Shown here piece by piece: positions 29,970 to 39,500 of a stretch of DNA of 64,000 nt. The first letter of the stretch is position 1. The number at the start of each line of letters is the position of its first letter. This stretch comes from an uncultured Candidatus Saccharibacteria bacterium (lineage in GTDB: Bacteria; Patescibacteriota; Minisyncoccia; Phycocordibacterales; CSBR16-119). The stretch spans positions 6,411 through 70,410 of the forward strand of contig CAZBAG010000002.1 of the NCBI GenBank assembly GCA_964490365.1, given 5' to 3'. The translations under genes were made by a program, and so were the position numbers. A model generated the notes under the pieces. It was not told the DNA's origin and made no database searches. It worked only from the letters and a program-made list of their open reading frames with translations.

Positions 29970-32309
29970 CTAGAAAAGAGACTGGAGAGCGTCGGCAAAA
30001 GTTTGTGTACTTGTTGTCGGCACCGTAATGTTTTGACCGTTAAAGTCTGAAAGATCAATTTGTCCAGCGTCATCGCCAAAACTCATGTTATTGAGGTAGT
30101 AGTTTGGATTCGGTCCTGGTGTTGGGATTTGTCCAAATGATGGGTTTTGAGAAATTGATGGGAATGGATAGGTGGTTCGTTCGTTGAGTCCAGGATAGCC
30201 ACTTGCTGTAACCTCTTGAATACATTGACCAATATAGTTGTTTACCGCAAAAATCTGAGATTCATAATTTAAAATATCCTGAGCCAACTGACTTAATTGT
30301 GATTGGTTCACCAAAACACCTTGATTAGCAACTTGAGCCAAAAGCGATGAGATAGTCTGCATTTCTGGACTACTTGTATTAGCCTGCTGAGCCGGTGTAA
30401 GAGCGTTTAACTGACTTTGAATAAGCTGAAGTTGTGGCATAACAGACATGAGGCCAGTAATTTGACCCTGAAGCGTCGTAATGCGGTTAGTGAGAGTATC
30501 TAACTGTAGATAGAGATTTGTGGCAATTGGACGAACGGTTGGGGGAGTGCCGACAAGCGGATATGCTGCGAACATTGCATCTCGATACTTTCCAAACGTG
30601 AAGTTCATAAACGACATAAACTGTTCGTAGTTAGGAACAACAGCATCTGCAATGTTGATACCCGTAATAGACTGCACTTGGTCACCATAGTACGCGTTTG
30701 TTTGACCTGGTAAAACACTGCTCAAAGCATTTTGTAAATATACCTGGCCGTCTTCATACCATGCTGGATTTGGTCCCGGTATACAGTAATCAAGTGTTTG
30801 AATATCTCTAATAAGGGTTGTAATAGAAGTAATAGCTTCAGAAGCTTCAAGTAGGTAATTTTGTTGCACCATAACCAAACCTGGGTCAGTTGGACTTCCG
30901 TTCACTGCCGTAGTAACTGGTGTTTGTTGAGAGCCTGCACCAAAACCAGGATTATTATTTTGTGCCCATACAGGGTTATAGTTTGGATCATTAGGATTTG
31001 AACTGTACTGACTACCTGTTTGATAGAGCGATCGCAGACCTCCTGCCACACTCTTAAAGAGCTGTGCTGCCAATGCATCAAAAATAAGTCCGAGATTTTC
31101 GTTTAACTCATCGCCAAGTTCAAGATTACGAAGCGGAGAGCCCAATACCTGTGTGGTTTGTTCTGCAAGAAGTCGTCCTGGTGTTACGGTGGTCCATTGA
31201 ACACAAGTACTTCGTTTAACAATATTATTATACTCAAGCGCTTGAGCATCTGTACCATTTTGAGCATCAAGATAATCTCTTACCGCTTGAGGTAATCCTT
31301 CGTACACTGTCTGGGTCATGGTTTGGCCAGCTGGAATAAGTGGGTAATTCCCCAGGTGAAGTGGATTTGTTGGATCAATATAATCATCACCTGAGGTGTA
31401 GAAGCTATCGCTCAGTGCAGTTCGTGCACATTCTCGTTGGTTTAAAAAACCGGCACCTTCGTTAAGCTCTGCTTGGAAATTTTTCGCAATCGTAATGTTA
31501 GTGCCTGCGGTTTGACGCGCTAAATAACTATTTGCCATCAAATAGTTACCGAATACGTTGTTGTTTGGTTGTGCAAATGCAGTGTATCCCGCCCATCCAC
31601 CAACACTAAATCTCGCTTGGAAGTTTGAATAGCTCGCATATTGATTATTATGTTGTAATACTTGATTCAAAGAAAAACGGAGATTGTCTTGCAATCTGTT
31701 TTGAACAGTAAGGAGAATTGTTTCTGAAATAATTTGTCCAAAAGGATAATCTTCTGGGTTTGCAGAAAACCAGCTTGTAAAGCTGAGCACTTCATCTTTT
31801 GCAATTTGTTCAAAGAAGTTTGGTCTATCTTCTGGATAAAATGGATTTCCTTGGAAACCACTATTAATCCATTCAACAGTCATAAGGGTAATTTTGTCGA
31901 TAACTTTGAGCACTGCGTAACGAGCGATGGCGTCTAGACATTGTTCTTTTTTGTTATTATCCTTTACCTCATCTCGAGTTGCGCTTGTATTAGCTCGAGT
32001 ACCGCGATCTTTTGTCGGAACAGCAGTGGCATCACTTGCTGCAATAGCAGCAGCTTCCGCAGCACCTGCTGGATCAGTAACATCGCCACCAAAACCAAGT
32101 GCATTTCCAATAGCATTAAGACCGTCAGAAATAAGCCCTGGTAAATCAATACAGCTTGCAGCCACAGCGCCAACACCTTGAATATTAAAACCTCCACTTG
32201 CATTTCCGGCACCAGCAACTTGAGCAGAGGCAGTTTGTGGAAGTAGTGGAAATGAAACAAGAAAGAGGATAAAAAACGAAAGTATAACGTTTTTAAAAAA
32301 GTAGTTCAT
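29970..32309 (-). CDS. Large exported protein of the T4SS-like operon
   Basis: Signal peptide; WINSGFQGNP, GGWAGY and VTPG motifs. Confidence 0.7.
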   Translation of the reverse strand: MNYFFKNVILSFFILFLVSFPLLPQTASAQVAGAGNASGGFNIQGVGAVAASCIDLPGLISDGLNAIGNALGFGGDVTDPAGAAEAAAIAASDATAVPTKDRGTRANTSATRDEVKDNNKKEQCLDAIARYAVLKVIDKITLMTVEWINSGFQGNPFYPEDRPNFFEQIAKDEVLSFTSWFSANPEDYPFGQIISETILLTVQNRLQDNLRFSLNQVLQHNNQYASYSNFQARFSVGGWAGYTAFAQPNNNVFGNYLMANSYLARQTAGTNITIAKNFQAELNEGAGFLNQRECARTALSDSFYTSGDDYIDPTNPLHLGNYPLIPAGQTMTQTVYEGLPQAVRDYLDAQNGTDAQALEYNNIVKRSTCVQWTTVTPGRLLAEQTTQVLGSPLRNLELGDELNENLGLIFDALAAQLFKSVAGGLRSLYQTGSQYSSNPNDPNYNPVWAQNNNPGFGAGSQQTPVTTAVNGSPTDPGLVMVQQNYLLEASEAITSITTLIRDIQTLDYCIPGPNPAWYEDGQVYLQNALSSVLPGQTNAYYGDQVQSITGINIADAVVPNYEQFMSFMNFTFGKYRDAMFAAYPLVGTPPTVRPIATNLYLQLDTLTNRITTLQGQITGLMSVMPQLQLIQSQLNALTPAQQANTSSPEMQTISSLLAQVANQGVLVNQSQLSQLAQDILNYESQIFAVNNYIGQCIQEVTASGYPGLNERTTYPFPSISQNPSFGQIPTPGPNPNYYLNNMSFGDDAGQIDLSDFNGQNITVPTTSTQTFADALQSLF

Positions 32310-32317
32310 AATCGCGC

Positions 32318-33211
32318 TTACTGTAGTATACCATTTTGAGAAAAATAAGAAGCCAATGTCCCCAAGGCACTATCAATATTATTTGAATATTCGTTGTATT
32401 TACTCAAGTACGTAGTTACTTTGAGCGGATCGTTGTTAATGTTTCTTGACTCAACAAGAATTTTAGAAAGTTTATCGATATTATTAAGCAAAAATAGATG
32501 TCCACCCGATGCACCATATGGTACATCCATACGAACAAGTCCGTCAATCAACTTGCTATATGAAAGATGAATATTTGATATTTTTTCAATAGTTGCTGTA
32601 TCCTCTGGATTTTGAATAACCAGAGCAAGTGTTTCAAGTTCTGGAATACCCTTATGTGGCAGTGAATTATAGAGGGTTTTAAAAGAGGTATAGTATAAAT
32701 CAGCTGAAATAGGAGATAATTTTAAATCTGAGAGTGCATACGTGTCTTTAAGATTGAAGTTCACGATTGACTGATCAACTCCTGACGAAAACTGACCAAT
32801 TGTTTCCTGGTTAAATGCACCACCTTGATTTAAAACTGCGGCCGTTGTAAAAAACTGTTTTGCAAACACTTCTGTTTCGTTTGATGAATCTGGTTTGTAT
32901 GTTTCATCAAAATCACTTTCTTTTCTTTTATTTTCGACAAATTTTTTATCGTCTACTCCGTCACCATCAGTATCTTTGAGTGCTGGGTTGGTGCTCCAAA
33001 GCGCCTCTTCCCAATCATAGAGACCATCGCTGTCGGTATCTTTTGAAAAAAAATCAGTGCTTGCAGATGCAGAAGCAACTTCATCTGAAGAATCATTGTT
33101 CCATGTTGTTTTGTTATTTAAGAGTTTGCCCCCAAAGAAAATAACAAGTCCGACTACTGCAGTTACAAGGATTATCCTTACAAATTGTTTACTTGGTAAA
33201 TAGTTTTGCAT
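32318..33211 (-). CDS. Membrane-anchored protein with thrombospondin type 3-like Ca-binding repeats
   Basis: DTDSDGLYDWEE..TNP..DTDGDGVDD. Confidence 0.75.
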   Translation of the reverse strand: MQNYLPSKQFVRIILVTAVVGLVIFFGGKLLNNKTTWNNDSSDEVASASASTDFFSKDTDSDGLYDWEEALWSTNPALKDTDGDGVDDKKFVENKRKESDFDETYKPDSSNETEVFAKQFFTTAAVLNQGGAFNQETIGQFSSGVDQSIVNFNLKDTYALSDLKLSPISADLYYTSFKTLYNSLPHKGIPELETLALVIQNPEDTATIEKISNIHLSYSKLIDGLVRMDVPYGASGGHLFLLNNIDKLSKILVESRNINNDPLKVTTYLSKYNEYSNNIDSALGTLASYFSQNGILQ

Positions 33212-33214
33212 ATT

Positions 33215-33589
33215 TTATTGAGCAACCTTTACAGATGTTCCGTGTAAAAAGGTCCGGAAACCAGATACTGGAGCCGGCGGAGCTGATTGTGTGGCACATT
33301 CTGGTATTGGTATAGGGTTATAAAGACCTAATATCCAGGCCCCTGGTACTAGTTGATAGTTGAGTGATATTGGATGATAGTCGCCCACAAAAGGTCCAAC
33401 TACCGATGGGGTGTTCGGTGCTAGCATAAATGGACTTCCAGGCTGTCGACCAGCGGGGCAACTTATTCCTGGGGTTGGAGCTGTAATAATTTTTCCACCA
33501 AACGGTTGAAGTATCGAGATTTGTGCAAAAGCCGTGTTTACGAATAACACAAACATAAGAATGGAGCTTAGAAATATGACTTTCTTCAT
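33215..33589 (-). CDS. Exported Pro-rich hypothetical protein
   Basis: Signal peptide (likely start MKKVIF); PFGGKI..C..WILG..C..GTS. Confidence 0.65.
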   Translation of the reverse strand: MKKVIFLSSILMFVLFVNTAFAQISILQPFGGKIITAPTPGISCPAGRQPGSPFMLAPNTPSVVGPFVGDYHPISLNYQLVPGAWILGLYNPIPIPECATQSAPPAPVSGFRTFLHGTSVKVAQ

Positions 33590-33631
33590 AGGATTATTAT
33601 ATACCAAAGGAGGAACTTCTCGTGTGGATAG

Positions 33632-34405
33632 TTATAGAGATTTGACCAGAGAAATCCAATCAGAAATTTTAAGGTTTTCAGCTCTTACAGTAGCTGGAAA
33701 ACCTAGTGAATTTACTAACACCTCGAGTTTTTCTTTATCAAAGCCTGCTCCGCCTAGATTTTTTAGTAATGTTTTCCTTTTTTGAGCAAAACCAGCCTTT
33801 ACAAGCTTGAAAAATAGCTCTTTTTCTTTGTTTTTGAGCTTATGTTCTATATGATCAATTAGTAAAATTGCCGAATCAACCTTTGGTTCTGGAGAAAAGT
33901 ATCGTGCAGGGATTTTATCAACAAATTTTGGCTCTCCGAATACTCGAACACTCATTGAAAGAATGCTCTCTTTTCCATCACGAGCAACTACACGCTCGGC
34001 AACCTCTTTTTGAACAATAAGCCCCATACAAGCCGGCTGATTATGAGATTCAAGAAATTTTTCAAGAATAGCACCAGTAATATAGAACGGAATATTAGCC
34101 ACCAGCTTATAGCTTTTTGGTAATTTTGAAATATCAAAGGTAAGAATATCATCCTGAAGCAACACAAGCTTTTTACTTGCAATTGCATCTTGAAACATCT
34201 CGGTAAGTACCGGTATAAGATCTGTATCTTTTTCTATAGCAATCACTTTTCCGGCAGATTCAAGAAGTTTTACCGTTAAAGCACCTTTTCCCGGGCCAAT
34301 TTCAACCACCGTGTCAGCTTCTGTAATACCGGTTGCAAGAATAATGTCTCGGAGAGCTTTTCCAGATTTTAAGAAGTTTTGACCTAAATGCTTTTTCGCT
34401 TTCAT
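33632..34405 (-). CDS. rsmA: 16S rRNA adenine dimethyltransferase
   Basis: AKKHLGQNFL, VEIGPGKG, VANIPFYIT and PKVDSA; the ATG is at 34405. Confidence 0.96.
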   Translation of the reverse strand: MKAKKHLGQNFLKSGKALRDIILATGITEADTVVEIGPGKGALTVKLLESAGKVIAIEKDTDLIPVLTEMFQDAIASKKLVLLQDDILTFDISKLPKSYKLVANIPFYITGAILEKFLESHNQPACMGLIVQKEVAERVVARDGKESILSMSVRVFGEPKFVDKIPARYFSPEPKVDSAILLIDHIEHKLKNKEKELFFKLVKAGFAQKRKTLLKNLGGAGFDKEKLEVLVNSLGFPATVRAENLKISDWISLVKSL

Positions 34406-34524
34406 CCCGTTAGAGACCGCAGTCAAATAGTGATAAACTTACTATACGTAACAAATACATAAAGATAGTATATCGTTAATCTACGATAATGTCTCGGGCG
34501 ACTGAGACCTGTCTCTAACGGGAT
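34404..34524. mobile_element. Inverted-repeat-bounded (MITE/REP-like) element at the rsmA start
   Basis: Perfect 14 bp IR: ATCCCGTTAGAGAC (34404-17) and GTCTCTAACGGGAT (34511-24). Confidence 0.7.
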
Positions 34525-34533
34525 TCATGTATA

Positions 34534-36462
34534 TTAAATATACACAATATTATTTCCAAAACCACTATTGTCTCGTTCTTCCCTATAGATCAAATCTTCT
34601 GGAAGATCATCAAGAAATTCTGATCGGTAGCGAAGTTCGGTATTTCCAAATACCATCCGAATAGTTGCATAACTTAAAAACAATTTCTTTTTTGATCGGG
34701 TTACTGCAACATAGAAGAGTCTCCGCTCTTCTTCTTCGTTATAGTCTTTATTCATCGACTTTTTGCCGTGAGGAAATAGATCATCTTCGAGCCCTACGAT
34801 AAACACATAATCGAATTCAAGACCCTTTGAAGCATGCACAGTCATAAGTTTTACTCCACGTTTTGGTTTCTTTTGCACTGTTTCACTCAATGTGTCCTGG
34901 TCTGATGCAAGCGCAGCTTCTTCAAGCAACAATTCTATCCCTTCAGTTCCAGGAAGTTCATCATATTTTGTAGCAAAGGTAACAAGTTCTTTCACGTTTT
35001 CTAATCGCTCAAGATCTTCTTCAAGTCCTGACGCCTGTAACTCTTTTTCTATACCGGACTGCTTAATCGTATAGGAAATGAGCTCTGAGGGTTTGTGATC
35101 GAGAGAAAAGTTTTTAATCGCTTCAAGCAACTCATAAAAAGATTTTATCTTGAGGCGTGTTTTAAGTGGTAGTTCTTCCTCTTTTCCAGAAAAATATTTA
35201 TCGAGCGTAGTTTTACCAAGACCACGTTTCGGTTCATTAATAATTCTTCGTATATCCGAGAGCGATTCAGGATTTAAGCTTGCACGAATATATGACAAAA
35301 CATCTTTAATTTCTTTTCGATCAAAAAATCGCACACCAAGAACTTGATACGGAAGCGAATATTTCAACATATATTCTTCAAATATTCGTGACTGAAAATT
35401 TGCTCTATAGAGAACCGCAATCGTGTCTGGATTAACCCCTTTATCAAGAAGTGAGGTTACTGTGTCAGCGACAAATTCAGCTTCGTATTTATCATTATAT
35501 GCTTCAAAGAGTGAGATTTGCTCACCTGCTTCGTTTTCCGTAAACAAATGTTTGTGTTTTCTCTGCTTATTTTTTTGAATAATATGATTTGCAACCTCAA
35601 TAATATTTTTTGTTGAACGATAGTTTTGCTCAAGCAGTACGACATCTGCACCAGGATAGTCTTCTTCGAAGTTTAAAATATTGGTGATGTCAGCCCCACG
35701 CCAACTGTAGATATTTTGATCTGAGTCACCAACAACACAAATATTTTTATACTTCTTCGCAAGAAGCTTTGTCAGCAAATATTGAACTGTATTGGTATCT
35801 TGATATTCATCAACATGAATATACTTCCACCTCTCATGGTAAAGCTCTAAAATATCTTTGTGATCTTGAAACAAAAGTACTGTTTTCAAAAGAAGATCAT
35901 CAAAATCAAGCCCTTTTTCTTTAACTTTCTTTTCTTCATATTTTTGCCATACACGAGCAATCACTTGGGCTTGGTATGAATTTGCATTTTTACCAAACTC
36001 ATCAAGACTTGTGAAATTATTTTTTTGATTCGAGATAACACTCTTAAACATTCTCACCGGACTTTGCTTTGGATCAATGTTCAAGTCTTTTAAAACTTCT
36101 CGTATCAAAGAGTTAGTGTCAGCATCATCAAGTATCACAAAATGGCGATGAAGACCTATTTTTTCAGCATGTTCCCGTAAAATTTTTACCGCAAGAGAGT
36201 GAAATGTAGCAATCATCGGACGAAACGTTATATCTTTTGGAAGCATGTGAAAAACACGCTCAGACATTTCTTTCGCAGCTTTGTTTGTAAAAGTAACCGC
36301 TAAAATATGTTGCGGTGAAACACCTTTATGTATGAGATGAATGATTCGATGCGTGACTGTTTTTGTTTTTCCAGCACCAGCACCAGCGATAATGAGAAGT
36401 GGTCCTTCTATATGAAGTACAGCCTGTCGTTGTCGTTCATTAAGTGAAGATAGATAGTCCAT
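34534..36462 (-). CDS. pcrA: UvrD/PcrA DNA helicase
   Basis: AGAGAGKT, VDEYQDTN, VGDSDQNIYSWRGA, TVHASKGLEF and EERRLFYVAVTR. Confidence 0.96.
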   Translation of the reverse strand: MDYLSSLNERQRQAVLHIEGPLLIIAGAGAGKTKTVTHRIIHLIHKGVSPQHILAVTFTNKAAKEMSERVFHMLPKDITFRPMIATFHSLAVKILREHAEKIGLHRHFVILDDADTNSLIREVLKDLNIDPKQSPVRMFKSVISNQKNNFTSLDEFGKNANSYQAQVIARVWQKYEEKKVKEKGLDFDDLLLKTVLLFQDHKDILELYHERWKYIHVDEYQDTNTVQYLLTKLLAKKYKNICVVGDSDQNIYSWRGADITNILNFEEDYPGADVVLLEQNYRSTKNIIEVANHIIQKNKQRKHKHLFTENEAGEQISLFEAYNDKYEAEFVADTVTSLLDKGVNPDTIAVLYRANFQSRIFEEYMLKYSLPYQVLGVRFFDRKEIKDVLSYIRASLNPESLSDIRRIINEPKRGLGKTTLDKYFSGKEEELPLKTRLKIKSFYELLEAIKNFSLDHKPSELISYTIKQSGIEKELQASGLEEDLERLENVKELVTFATKYDELPGTEGIELLLEEAALASDQDTLSETVQKKPKRGVKLMTVHASKGLEFDYVFIVGLEDDLFPHGKKSMNKDYNEEEERRLFYVAVTRSKKKLFLSYATIRMVFGNTELRYRSEFLDDLPEDLIYREERDNSGFGNNIVYI

Positions 36463-36516
36463 GAGGGATACTATACCATAAAACAAAAAGCTCTCGGTCG
36501 AGAGCTTTTTGTAGAG

Positions 36517-39500
36517 CTATTTCAATATATCAACATACTTTGCTTTGAAAGCATTAACCTGTGAAAGTAAATATTTGTATTCTAGAGAATTTGGTGTGAA
36601 TTTTCCTTCTTCAAGAATAATCAGGTGCTCTTTGAGAGCCTTCATATCACTGCGAATTTTTTTAATACCAGTAGCTTCATCAATACTGTATTGTTTTACT
36701 TTTGTCATCCAATCATCTTTCAGAAGTGTCTCAGGACGATCAAGCCCTTTAATAACGGTAAATGTTGAATCTTGAACATCGGTAATAGCGCCACGTTCAT
36801 CAAAAACAAATCGTATTTTACCTTTTATATTCTCGGTATTAAAAGAATATGTCTTTTCGTTTGCACTCAGAGAAACGACACTGACTCCACTTTCTGAAGG
36901 GCTTTTAACTGGGGACTCAGGTGTGTTAGCTTGAGCTAATTTTTCTTCACGTATTTTTTGAATTCTCTCAAGTGCATCAGCTGGCTTTCTTCTGCCTACA
37001 CTTTCTTCCGCTGGAACAGTTGCTTTTTGACTAGTAGACGGTGAGTCTTCAATTGTTGATGTTATACTCGGATTTACTTTTGGCTCTATCGGATTATCAG
37101 TACTGAAATGTATTGGCTTTCTGCCAAGTTGCTCAGCAATAGCTACTTCATCATACTTTCCATTAAATGCTCCACCTGTTTTTAAGACAATTTCTTTGTT
37201 TAATTTGAGTACATTTTGTTTTAAGAATAGTGATTCTTCAGCGGTTAAGTTGGCAGTCGGTGTATTCAAAATATTTTTCTGCACAAGAAGTTGCTCAATT
37301 AATTCCCTATTATTAGTTAGTGTTTTTACAGCAAATGAGTCAGTTTTTGCGAGAAGTGTTGTTGATGAAAGATCTTCAGTCATGAAACTTCGTGGATTTC
37401 TGCGGAAGCGAAGTACGTCTTCAGAAATTGTTTTTGAAGTATTGATACCAGTAATTTTACCTTCAGGAGAAGTGGTAAATTTCCACTCGCCACGAACAGA
37501 AGGGTTCGTTGCTTCTAGCGGATTTACCACGGTTCTCTGTCCTGGTCTCGTGTCCGCAATGCTTCCCCTTTCTTCTGGTATTGATCCCCTTACTGTGCTG
37601 TTTTGATTTGAAGTATCCAAAGCACCAGAAGTAGCAGGGGTTCGTGATTCAGATAATACTTCCGTTTCAACAACGGATGGCTTTTGAGCTACATTAGCAC
37701 TTTCCATTTGACTTGCATCAAAAAACTTTCTTTCTGACCCTGGAACAGTAACATCTTTTACATTTTCTGGTACATACACCTCCTCAGCACCATTAAGTCC
37801 GGCAAATCGAATAACACCTCTTTGATCGATAGAGAATCCTTCCCCCTTTTTAATAACAGCGCTCTCCTCGGCTTCGCCAGGTTTATAGAAACCCCATTCT
37901 TGTGCTAATTTATTTGGATCTTTCGACAAAAACTCTTGGTATTGTTCTGGAACCGCTGTGCCAAATTTGTCTCGAAGCTTGTCTTGCAAATCGTCGATAG
38001 CTCCAATGGCACCGCGTGCACCGGCCATAACTTTTTCAACCTCGACATTCGTTTGATTAGGGCTTGGAGTATTTGAAGATTCGAGTATTGCACCCTTTGA
38101 TGTACCAAATTCAGCATCTTCTGAAGAGAGACTTGAAAGTAGTTCTTTTGCTTTATTGAAACCTTCTGCACCTTTTTCAGAGATTACTTCCCATACTGCG
38201 CCCAAGTACCCATGTTCTTGTGCATATCGAAGTCCGTATCCAATTTCAAAACCAAGCAAACCTACAGCCGCACCCTTTGTAAGAGCTAGAGCTCTTACAG
38301 TATTTTTTTCATTTTGAACATCGCTGTCTTGTACAAATTCTTTAAATCGCTCAAGAAGTTCTTCTTCTTTTGTTTTTTCTTTAGTAAATCCACCATTCAT
38401 TTCAACTGAAATCGCTGCTTTCGACATCATTTCAGCCAGCTTAAATTCATTGGCGGTTTGTTCTTTTTGATTACCAAAGTTAATACGTCCATCGCGCATT
38501 AATTCTTCGGTGACAAAGATTCTTGTTTTTATTGTTTCAAGGATTTTTTGCTTGCTCTTTTCGTCTGTGGTTTTTTCTAATTGACCAACAAGCTTCTCGA
38601 GTCTTCCGTACACGTTTGAAGAATTTGCAGGCTTTTTAAGCCATAGATCATTTGATTCTTTCCCATACCGTTGTCGCAATTCTTTTTCTGTATATTCAAG
38701 ATTTTTCTTTCGGTATGCCATATAGCCACCAACTGCTGCTGATGCCCCAAGACCAACACCTGTAACAGCCATTGATCTTCCAAGCCACTTAGTTGCAAAG
38801 CCCGCACCAGCAAACAGTGCGCCACGAGTAAAATCATTCGCTTTGGCACCTAACACTTTTTCAACGAAGCTCGCTGACAGTGTTTCCATTTCTGGATTTT
38901 GCGTGATAAAACTGCCAAATCTTACTTTTGCATCTGTGCGCATCATTTCGAGTCGTGCTTTTTTTTCAAGTGTCGTTCTTTCTTCAGAACTTAGATTCGG
39001 ATTTTTCTTCGCCGCTTCATCAAGAATACTTTTTACGTATGACTCTTTTGCACCGGTATAACTTGAGAAGGCTTGTTGGTACATTTCACGCTGTCTACTT
39101 GTTGCAGAAGGTAGTGACCATTCAAAAGGAACTTCACCAAATCGACTTGCTGAAATATTGAGGAATGTTTTTGGTGTTTCAAACTTTTTGTCTGATGAAG
39201 CAGTATCAACGTATTCAAAATACGGAACAAGACGACCTTTTTCATTTGGTTCATAGCGAAGTTCTGGAGTATCAAGCAAGTAGGTATTAAGCGCAGAAAT
39301 ATCTTGACCGTATTCAAGAATACCGCCTGACTTAATCTTTTGAATCATTTGTTCACGCAAAGAAACTTGTCGTTGACCTTTTGCAAAACTCGCACTGAGT
39401 CTTTTCCAAAAACCCATCTTCTTCATTTCTTCTTCATTTTTATCTTTTGAAGCAAAGTCAGTGTCTCGATATATTTTTTGCTCGAGCTTCGAGAAAAGAT

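Noticed and set aside
34406-34426. rsmA start at the upstream TTG (MTAVSNG)
   Set aside because: These codons are the arm of the IR element; the family N-terminus starts at ATG 34405.
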